DNA of 64,000 nt. It comes from Glycera tridactyla (Eukaryota). The stretch is taken from positions 28,334,001 to 28,398,000 of the forward strand of contig OZ286460.1 in the NCBI GenBank assembly GCA_965644265.1. Direction: 5' to 3'. The notes beneath the pieces were generated by a model. The model saw only the letters and a program-made list of their open reading frames with translations. It ran no database searches and was not told where the DNA came from. The position numbers and the translations under genes were made by a program. Below are positions 12,797 through 23,301 of the stretch, in pieces (within the stretch, counting starts at the first letter, position 1; the number at the start of each line of letters is the position of its first letter).

Positions 12797-13632
12797 TTTA
12801 GCTCATCTGGCCGAAGGCTGATGAGCTTATGCCATCACGCAGCGCCCGTCGTCCGTAGTCCGTCGCCCGTCGTCTGTCGTCCGTCGTCGTCCACAATTCA
12901 CAGACATTGCATCTCCTCCTTCATTTTTTGATAGATTTTGATTCTGATTGTTTTATTAGACAGAACCAAGCATTACACACACATCCTGGTCATGTTTTGT
13001 GTGAAATTCTCATTAATGACTTCGTAATCAGGCTAATTGAGTGATTATGCAAGAATCACCAAAAACGTATCTCCTCCCTCAATTTTTGATGGATTTTGAT
13101 TCTGATTGTTTTATTGGTGAGATATAAGCGTTGCCCACAAAAGTTGGTCGGGGTTTTCAAAAATTCTTCTTCACAACTCAGTAATTAGGCTAATTGTGTC
13201 ACACCTAATTGGGTTTTCAGCTAAAAATCACAAAAACTGTATCTCCTCCCTCAATTCTCAATGGATTTTGATTCTGATTGTTTTATTGGTTAGAATCAAC
13301 CATTGCACACAGATCCTGGTCACATTTTGAGTGACTTTCTTGAGAATGACTCAGTAATTAGGTTAACTGGGCCATTAGCCAGGGGTCACTTAAATTGTAT
13401 CTCCTCCTTCAATTCTTGATCAACTTTGACTATGATTGATTCATTAGTGAGAAAAGAGCATTGGGCATAAAGCCTGGTCATGTTTTGTGTGAAATTTTTG
13501 TTAATAAATTGGCAATTAGACCACTTTGCTCGCATTTGTGTACAAGCCTAACTTGCTTAATAGTGCACATTCTTGAAATAGCTGAAATTGACGCTTTTCA
13601 TTCGCTGAGTCTCTATTGTGTGAGACCTCTCC
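12797..13632 (+). mobile_element. Helentron-associated interspersed element (HINE, DINE-1/CvA-like), family B
   Basis: TTTAGCTCATCTGGCCGAAGGCTGATGAGCT terminal hairpin, (CCGT/CGT)n microsatellite and internal ~190-bp tandem units. Reverse-complement copy at 20705-21519. Confidence 0.8.
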
Positions 13633-14089
13633 GTAATGAACGCACTCCTCTGGGCTTTGCTTTCATCATTATGTAAGGTTCTCCAGTGGTAAACACCAAT
13701 TGAATTCTTTAACAATGACCAGGGTGTTGATTTCATNNNNNNNNNNNNNNNNNNNNNNNNNNNNNNNNNNNNNNNNNNNNNNNNNNNNNNNNNNNNNNNN
13801 NNNNNNNNNNNNNNNNNNNNNNNNNNNNNNNNNNNNNNNNNNNNNNNNNNNNNNNNNNNNNNNNNNNNNNNNNNNNNNNNNNNNNNNNNNNNNNNNNNNN
13901 NNNNNNNNNNNNNNNNNNNNNNNNNNNNNNNNNNNNNNNNNNNNNNNNNNNNNNNNNNNNNNNNNNNNNNNNNTGTGGGTACCAAATGGCTACACTATCT
14001 AAATAGATAGTATCCGATGGCCACTAACAATTTCAGAGTTTGTATTGAATCTGTATTGACAACATTGCTACCAATGATAGTGGAATGTG

Positions 14090-14253
14090 TGATGAGAGAC
14101 CACCCTAAATATCAATAAAAAGTGGTCTGTCGAAAGAAGTGGTCTCTCATCACAGGTATATTTGACCATGTCGAATAGAAAAGGTGCCCTGCAAAAGTAG
14201 TCTTGCGTAGGAGGCGGTCTCTCATCAGGGGTCTCATGTGGCAGGTTTCACTG
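14090..14253. mobile_element. Truncated Tc1/mariner MITE
   Basis: Right TIR GCAGGTTTCACTG-TA and internal GTGGTCT motifs. Confidence 0.55.
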
Positions 14254-14982
14254 TAACAACTTGGGATCAGCTAGCCCTCAAATATTCGACCAACATGGAG
14301 CCCTGGTGTGTCCGTCCTTCTTAATGAGATGTGTGTATTGCAAACTTTTTGTAATTCATGCCTTTGGTTGCTTAGAACTAAGCATTGTGCACCCAACTTG
14401 GTTATATTTTATGTGTAATTCTCGTTCACAACTTGGTAATTAAGCCGATTGGGTCACTTTTCAAATTCTGCATTCAGTTTTAGTATGCGTATTACAGATG
14501 CAGGGTCAGATGAGCTTCGGTGTCATTGACACTCTGGTTTGTTTTCTCCACTACTGACTCACCCAGAAAGAGTTCGGGTTCTCAATGAACCCTCATTGAT
14601 TTGCAGAAATGAATGTAAATTGCTTTTGGTTCGGAAGAAAATTTGAATCAACTCTCCTGAACCCATATCTGAGGTTGATAATAGGGTCTGCTCGAGTTCT
14701 CTCCATTGCACGAACGTCTCTTGCTCAGGGCAAATGAGTTATCTCCATATGAGAAGCAATCATTGTCGTTGGAGAAATATTTGGCAATACCATCAACTTT
14801 GATGCTGAAATGGGTGACTGACTAAGTATTCTCCCATTCCCTGGGAAAATCGTCTGAGAAGGTAGATCTAAGTTGGACACAAAACCTTCACAGAATTATC
14901 ATCATAAGGTTATGCAAACTTTCACAGAATGATCATCATAAGGTTATGCAGTGCATATTGTCAGGGTTTCATGATCAGATTA

Positions 14983-15970
14983 TTTTTCCGTCGGAGACGG
15001 TACTGTTCTCGGTTTGGGACTCCCTCCCATCATAGACAATACTATCGTCCATTTTGTGGAGTGATTTGACAAGGTTCACCTCACACAGTATGAAGCCAAC
15101 CATCTGCAAACGGCTGCTATAGAATCATTAGAATCAAACCGAAACTGCCTTGAACATGAACGATTTGTGTGAGAAACATTAGTGATTCCATGAAATACTG
15201 CAAAACTTATATATTGTGAATGTATAACTGCGTGAGAACGTTGGGAAGGAAACATATTTTATGGAAAGCGACACACGGTGGCCAAAGACAGCATCATTAC
15301 TGGGGAAACCCCTTCCGTGACGTCATAACAGCTAGCAAACATGGCGCGCAGGGAAGAAGTTGCCATTCGATCGATAGTTCACTGTTTCTGGCGAGAATAC
15401 GATGGATTCACGCAATTTATACATGGGTTATGCACGGCTGGATATGAAAGATCTCATTTCATCACTAAGACGACTCATAATAAGCCACAGTCACCTGCAT
15501 CGAGATCGTAGCGGTGGCGGAGAGCGGAGGTGACAGCCTGTCTAGGCGCACGTATCTTTCCCAGTCAAACTGAACCAGTAGAAACACGCATATCTGACGA
15601 GGGAACCATGTTAGCATGTATGCTGCCTACAGACTGACCGACTCGCCAACTGACCGTCGGTTTTCTGATCTCNNNNNNNNNNNNNNNNNNNNNNNNNNNN
15701 NNNNNNNNNNNNNNNNNNNNNNNNNNNNNNNNNNNNNNNNNNNNNNNNNNNNNNNNNNNNNNNNNNNNNNNNNNNNNNNNNNNNNNNNNNNNNNNNNNNN
15801 NNNNNNNNNNNNNNATATTTTTGTTTAATCGTCATCGACGAATGCAATTAAAGTTTCAAATCAAACGATCCCTCCCTCCCTCCCTCCCTTTCATGCATTT
15901 TCCCCTTTTAAATCACCACCTCTCCGCTGTAAATCGACGACCATTCTTCTTTTTGAAGAAATTTCTTGTT
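14983..15970. mobile_element. HINE-like family A, copy 2
   Basis: Same TTTTTCCGTCGGAGACGG start and AATTTCTTGTT end as 2369-3975; internal N gap. Confidence 0.7.
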
Positions 15971-16734
15971 TGAGATGTTATAGCCCTTTTTTGAATTTTA
16001 CATGTGAATTATTGGCTGCGCAACTCCTTCATTTTACATGCAATTTTCAACAATTTTCACAGAATGATCATCTTAAGGTTCTGCAGTGCATATCGTCAGG
16101 GTTTTGTGATTGAATCATTTTTAAAGGAGTTTTATTGCCCTTTTTTCGATTTTACATGCAGTTTTTGGCACATTCACTATGTCTGTATTGTGAAACAGCC
16201 CCCTGAATGAACGCACCTCTTTCAGCTTTGCCCTCATTAATAGGTCAGCTTCTCCGTAACCGACGTGTTCTTCTGTTCATACAGTGTTTGTGATATGTGA
16301 GACCTATACAACTATTCTGAAGCCATTCATTGACCTGCGTCGATTACGTCTGAAGACTCCTCTATTCAAACACAAACTTTGGACCCAACTCTTTCTTTGT
16401 GTATGTGTGTGTGTGTGTGTTTGTGTGTGCGCGTGACTGACTGAGTACTCTCCCATTCCCTGGGAAAATCGTCCGAGAAGGTAGATCTAACTTGGACACA
16501 GAAAGATCGATCTGTCATCCCTCAAACATTTATTGGAACCCCCCCCCCCCCCCCCCGATTGGTATGGATCTCTCATTATTCCATTATTCCAGGTAGTGTC
16601 ATAGCCCTTTTCCATGTTAAATTATCCGCAACCAAGTGCTGCTTTTGAACGAAGGCTTCATCAATGAATGGCTCAAAACTTGATAGGTTGTCAAGTGTAA
16701 CTTTACCTGTCCAATAACCACTGTGATTTCATAG

Positions 16735-17978
16735 TCCTGTACCAGCCTCTCACTGATCATACCAGACATTGGATGGTCACGTGTACCAGCCTCTCACTGA
16801 TCATACCAGACATTGGATGGTCATGGTCACGTGTACCAGCCTCTCACTGATCATACCAGACATTGGATGGTCACGTGTACCAGCCTCTCACTGATCATAC
16901 CAGATATTGGATGGTCATGGTCACGTGTACCAGCCTCTCACTGATCAAACCAGACATTGGATGGTCCTGGTCACGTGTACCAGCCTCTCACTGATCATGC
17001 CAGACATTGGATGGCCACATGTACAAGCCTCTCACTGATTGTACCAGACATTGGATGGTCCTGGTCACGTGTACCAGCCTCTCACTGATCATGCCACACA
17101 TTGGATGGTCACGTGTACCAGCCTCTCACTGATCATACCAGATATTGGATGGTCGCGTGTACCAGCCTCTCACTGATCATACCAGACATTGGATGGTCAC
17201 GTGTACCAGCCTCTCACTAATCATACCAGATATTGGATGGTCCTGATCACGTGTCCCAGCCTCTCACTGATCGTACCAGACATTGGATGGTCCTGGTCAC
17301 GTGTACTAGCCTCTCACTGATCATACCAGACATTGGATGGTCCTGGTCACGTGTCCCAGCCTCTCACTGATCGTACCAGACGTTGGATGGTCCTGGTCAC
17401 GTGTACTAGCCTCTCACTGATCATACCAGACATTGGATGGTCCTGGTCACGTGTCCCAGCCTCTCACTGATCGTACCAGACATTGGATGGTCCTGGTCAC
17501 GTGTCCCAGCCTCTCACTGATCATACCAGACATTGGATGGTCCTGGTCATGTGTACTAGCCTCTCACTGATCATACCAGACATTGGGTGGTCCTGGTCAT
17601 GTGTCCCAGCCTCTCACTGATCATACCAGACATTGGGTGGTCCTGGTCACGTGTACCAGCCTCTCACTGATCATACCAGACATTGGATGGCCACATGTAC
17701 TAGCCTCTCGCTGATCATACCAGACATTGGATGGCCACGTGCCCCAGCCTCTCACTGATCGTACCAGACATTGGATGGTCCTGGTCACGTGTACTAGCCT
17801 CTCACTGATCATACCAGACATTGGATGGCCACATGTACTAGCCTCTCGCTGATCATACCAGACATTGGATGGCCACGTGCCCCAGCCTCTTACTGATCGT
17901 ACCAGACATTGGATGGTCCTGGTCACGTGTACTAGCCTCTCACTGATCATACCAGACATTGGATGGTCCTGGTCACGT
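16735..17978. repeat. Minisatellite array of 44/50-bp units, about 26 units
   Basis: Unit GTCACGTGTACCAGCCTCTCACTGATCATACCAGACATTGGATG, with or without GTCCTG. A 138-bp (50+44+44) higher-order duplication is present near 17650-17920. Confidence 0.95.
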
Positions 17979-17994
17979 CTGCACCATATCTGCT

Positions 17995-18220
17995 ATATTG
18001 CCATGGGCATGGGCGGGATCATTCAACACTACTCCAAGGTCCTCGATATAAGGTGAAAACTGTGTGATCAATGAAATTTATAGACACCCAATGTGTCATT
18101 TCTCCTAAAATGATACATTGAGGGTCTGAATTTAATAAATTTTCACTTTCCGTTGTGGCCCAGAAGGGGGAGTCTTTAATGATCCCACCCATGCCTATCC
18201 CATAGGCGTCAGAATATTTC
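17995..18220. mobile_element. Small palindromic MITE; related fragments at ~24330-24430, ~35695-35830 and ~36710-36830
   Basis: CCATGGGCATGGGCGGGATCATT...AATGATCCCACCCATGCCTATCCCAT inverted ends; the same motif recurs elsewhere in the window. Confidence 0.55.
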
Positions 18221-19044
18221 ATATGACGCTGATGTTACAATAAACAAGAACCGACCAACCATATCTTATATATCATTCTTCCATGGTCGCACTTCTACAA
18301 AATTCTAACAGGAACTCGATGTGCATGCCGCTTGATTTTATCCGAAATCCAATGTAAATCCAAAATTTTCCAGGGATGGTCATCAAATTTGAGTATTGTT
18401 CAAGGCCCATGGGTGCAGTTTCGGCATGAAATGACTTCTCCATTTTAAGGGTGCATTGGAGCCCTTCAAATTTAAGGACTTTCCGGAGATACACATTGTT
18501 CCCATGTGGCATATGACGACTGTTTCTATCATCTACAAAATGTTCTCTACTCGTGTACTGGGATAATCTCTCAACTCTAGAAAGATCTACACACCGAAAA
18601 CCCAGCAGTCGAATGATCCCGACCATGCGCATAACATGGTGTCTCAATATAGCCCAGATGATGCTCACGGGACATGAAACAACCAATCAACCAACTAACC
18701 ACCTTACGATATATAATTCCATGACATGTGCTGAACTATCATGGTTTCTCTCTGTCATTTCCGGTCACCCCCCCCCCCCACACACACACACACAAACTAC
18801 TTAGCGGGATTCCATTCTCATGACTGGTGACGAAAGTTCTTGTAGACCGGGATGTGGTTGTGCTCCCGGGACATGGTGCTAGCTAAGAAAGGGACTTTGA
18901 AGGTTGAGCATTTTTGAATTTAGATCATCAAAATCGGACCGCAACTGTCCAAGATAGAGATGTCATATCAAAGCTAGCTCTTATTAATAGATGCTGGAAT
19001 TTGCATTAGTAAGGATAAGCCCGACGTTGTAATCATTTGCTGTT

Positions 19045-19047
19045 ATT

Positions 19048-19078
<31 letters not shown>

Positions 19079-19164
19079 GCCCATCACATCCCTGCACTGG
19101 AGCATGAACATTAGTTGCACAGGAGATGCTGCTTCAACCCTGCACATACGCGCACGTGCACGCA

Positions 19165-19221
<57 letters not shown>

Positions 19222-19225
19222 GCAC
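19045..19225. repeat. (GTT)n and (CA)n microsatellites
   Basis: Direct reading of the sequence. Confidence 0.95.
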
Positions 19226-19544
19226 AAATACATGCATACATAAATGAATGAATAACTAAAACAAATGCAGAACCAAGTGGACATGTATTTTCCTCACACA
19301 TATTTCTCATGGGGCGCTGATTCAAAATCCATTGGTCTTTCGGGGTGCCCGGTTGGCCAGCCATGTTTCCACGTGAACAGGTAGTGCACCCTGGGTCCTC
19401 AATTTGGCCCATGATAAGTCATGTGTTTCCTGGGTCCCATGTATGCAGCCTGGTCATTGCAGTGGATCCCACGCCATAACAGTCAACTATATGCCTTCAG
19501 GCTGTCGATGATGGAAACTCAGCAGTATCAGAGTTTGCTTGGTT

Positions 19545-19895
19545 GTTTGTTTGAGGTTTAACGGCATGTATCAACCCTAGGGTTATGTATGCCGTGTTCC
19601 TGGTCAATGAAAGCTAGATGTTCTCTCCCCTGCAGACATCACCCTCACAAACCCTGAACACAAGATGATGGGAATCCGAAAGGATATGAAGTGGAAGTAG
19701 CTGACAGGTCAGACATTCCTCTCTACCTTCTCTTCATGAACAAGGCGATTACTGCCAGAATTTCTTTCTTCGTAATAACATACTGAACCTGACGAGGGCA
19801 TATCTATCCTAATAGCAATGTTTTTTTTCTCTGTACAGCGCAGCACCTGACACAAGGAAAAGCATTAGATTTGGAGAATACTCAACAGCAGTATC
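19545..19895 (-). mobile_element. SINE-like retroposon, family C; copies also at ~22725-22890, ~36860-36905, ~39255-39610 and ~40890-41220
   Basis: Shared GAGGTTCAACGGCATGTATCAACCC...CATCACTCTCACAAACCCTG..CACAAGATGATGGG core with an (AAAC)n 3' tail on the minus strand. Confidence 0.65.
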
Positions 19896-20171
19896 AGAGA
19901 ATGCCTTGAGATGGATGATATTTCACCAGAAAAGTACCGGGCATTCCATGTCTCCCTAAAGTTGTGATTGCTCTAGAAATGTGGGACTTCGTACCTGCAG
20001 TGAAACGCTCTCCGACGTGGTTAGACCCACATTTGAAGTGGTTCGTTTCATACGTTACTCCGTCATACATAAACATCATCCAACGTGGGATAACAGGCAG
20101 TTCATCCTGAACAAGGGGCAAAATAGAAGCTGGGGGATATATACTCTGTATCATCCATACATTGTTTAACG

Positions 20172-20384
20172 TCATGTTTGTCGCATTGTGCCACAGAGAA
20201 AGTGAGCAAGCTTTGTCCTTATGCGAGTTTTCTGCTGCTGGCATTTGGTCGACTGGGATTTGAGGGCCACTTGCTGAAGCCGGGAGAAGACTATGGCCAG
20301 GTTTTCCATGGTCAGGGCCGAGCATTCCCTTTTAAGCAAGGGCACCAATGCGCCGAGAAAGACGACGGGTCTTCTCTGAGATTC
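20172..20384 (-). CDS. Rho-like GTPase last exon, frame-disrupted
   Basis: CTTGTTGCAG acceptor; ISEKTRRLSRRIGALA* then, in the +1 frame, KRECSALTMENLAIVF...KTRIRTKLAHFLCGTMRQT*. Confidence 0.7.
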   Translation of the reverse strand, partial: ESQRRPVVFLGALVPLLKRECSALTMENLAIVFSRLQQVALKSQSTKCQQQKTRIRTKLAHFLCGTMRQT

Positions 20385-23241
20385 CTGCAACAAGGTCGGT
20401 GGATTGTGACATCAACCAGACATGCATACTGCCGCTGATCGCAGATTTTGAAAAGTGACCCAATTGGCCTAATTACCAATTTGTGAACAAATACACAAAA
20501 AGTTTGCATACTTAGACATAGCTGATTGAGAAGGGCAGACACACCAGGGCTCTATGTTGGCCAAATATTTGAGAGCCAGCTGACCCCAAGTTGATATAAT
20601 TGAAGATGAAACAACACCAGTTGTGAAGGAATTCAATAGGTGTCTATCACTGGAAAACTTTACATAATGATGAAAGCCAAGACAAGAGAAGTGTCGTTCA
20701 TTATGGAGAGGTCTCACACAATAGAGACTTGAGTGAAAGGGTTTCGCTCATTTCGGCTATCTCAAGAATGTGCAATAGGAAGCAAGTTAGGCTTGTACAC
20801 AAATGTGAACAAAGTGCCCTAATTGCTAAGTTGTTAACAAGAATTGTACACAAAGTATGACCAGGTTTCATGCTCAATGCTCTTTTCTCACTAATAAAAC
20901 AATCAGAATTAAAATCCATTGAAAATTGAAAAAGGAAATACAATTTTAATGACTCATGGATAATGACCCAATTAGCCTAATCACCAAGTCATCAACAAGA
21001 AATTTTCACGAAAAGTGATCAGGATCTGTGTGGAATGGTTGATTCTAATCAATAAAACAATCAGACTCAAAATCCATTGAGAAATGAGGGAGGAGATGCA
21101 ATTTTTGTGATTTTTAGCTGAAAACCCAATTAGGTGTGACTCAATTAGCCAAATTACTGAATTGTCAACAAGAAATTTATAAAAAAAACGTGACAAGTTT
21201 TGTGGGCCATGTTCATATCTCACCGATGAAACAATTAAAATCTAAATCCGTTGAGGATTTAGGGAGGAGATATGATTTCAGTGATTCTTGCATAATCAAC
21301 CAATTAGCCTAATTACCCAGTCATTAATGAGAATCACACACAAAAATGACCAAGTTGTATGTGTAATGCTTGGGTCTGTCAATGAAATAATGAGAATAAA
21401 AATCTATCGAGAAATTAGGGAGGAGATGCAATGTCTCTGAATTGTGGACGACAACGGACGACAGACGATGGACGCCGCATGATGGTATAAGTTTATCAGC
21501 CTTCGGCCGGATGAGCTAACAAGAGCACCACAAGCTGAGTATAATACACCCATCGTATGTAGATCACTAAATCAAATAATAATAATGATGATGATAATAT
21601 TAACGATAATAGTNNNNNNNNNNNNNNNNNNNNNNNNNNNNNNNNNNNNNNNNNNNNNNNNNNNNNNNNNNNNNNNNNNNNNNNNNNNNNNNNNNNNNNN
21701 NNNNNNNNNNNNNNNNNNNNNNNNNNNNNNNNNNNNNNNNNNNNNACAAATCGGTGGTATACAGGATACAGTGTATGAAGTGTACTTGAGACATCCCTAG
21801 GGTGTATTCACATAATCCGAAGGTTCCCACTTCTATATGATTGTATTATGATCAGGTCCTCTCTGGATGCGTTGAAGGAATCAGAAAATTGGAGTTTTTA
21901 GTCCGAGACCTAATTCGTCGACCATTTAATGAGTTCAGTGGTTCTCGACTTTGCTGATCATTCCCTGGCAATCTTCGAATAAAACGATATGACTATGAAT
22001 AATGACAGGGACGGTGATTTCACCTTCAAATTATCGCGCATGGACATTAGACAGTCTTTCACCGGCCGCTTTATAATCATTATAACCTTCATTGCAGGAC
22101 TTCACATTAACTTTCTCATCAGCTGTCCTTCGGGCAGGCTGCCTTGGTGGCTCAGTGGTAGCATGCTGGGCTGGCGTGCAATGGGTCTGGGGCTCAACCC
22201 CCGGTCCTACCATGCAGGAATGTTTCACCCTTCATCTTCGCTCCTCCTTGGCAGGTGGACTGATTTAGCCTACTCAAGTGCAGAAAGTGGACCTAAAACC
22301 TCAACATTTCCATTTCCTTCGGGCAGGTGAAGTTAGGCTGAACAATGGTCACCTACCTGGCCAGTAGGCAGGCAGAATGATTTATCTGCAGCAAATAATT
22401 AATCTGCGCCTGGTTGAGCCAGCAATTCCATTAGTTTTTTACTCGGGTTACATATAAGGGCGTGGCTACTCGGCTGGCTAAGAATGGATACCATCATCCA
22501 TGACACCTACTGCTATTGATGTCTGGTAGATCCAGTTTGTTTCCTACGATGATGAAGGGTCGACCTGGGGCGTGGCACTGCATCTCCGGCAGCCATTTCT
22601 CACGTATATTCTGAAATGAGGCCGGGTCTCCAAGTGAGAATACCACCAGTATGACGTCACAGATTGGGTACAAGGAGAGGCGCTGGCCGTGGTATCCCTC
22701 CTGAAAATGTGAGCACAACAGTGGGTTTTGGAATATGTATGGTCTATGATTGCATTCTGCGCTGCCTCCTACAGGCATCACGCACACATACCCTAATCGC
22801 AAGGTGATGGGGAACCAGGAAGGTTGTCGATTGGAAGTAGCTGACCGTTCAGGCACACCTCTACCAATCTAGAATGAACAACGGCTATGAGAAGTATCAC
22901 ATCCATCCATGGATCCACCTAGGTATCAAGCCATGGGCCAATCGACCAATCAATCAATTGATCGAGCAATCTATCCATGCTTCCCAACATGATATCACCA
23001 GCTCTATAACTTCCTCCACTTGATAAGACATATTGTTCAGGTCAGAGGTTCTGCACCTTATGATGGCGGACAGATATTTATTAATAAGTCATTCATTTTT
23101 GCTAACACCTGTCTGTCTGTCTATCCGTCTATTCAAGCCTCTATCAGTCTGATTGCCTGTCCACTTGCTTGCCGGCCTCTGGACCTGTCTACGTGGTACG
23201 CACATCATTCTCTCTCCCTTTCTCTCCCCCACTCACTCACA

Positions 23242-23301
<60 letters not shown>

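Noticed and set aside
16735-17978. CRISPR-like array, or the 112-aa repeat ORF at 17621-17959
   Set aside because: Head-to-tail units with no unique spacers, in a eukaryotic context. The ORF is a by-product of the 138-bp higher-order repeat.
22139-22215. tRNA gene
   Set aside because: An A-box is present but the B-box is degenerate and there is no cloverleaf. The tail and TSD indicate a SINE.
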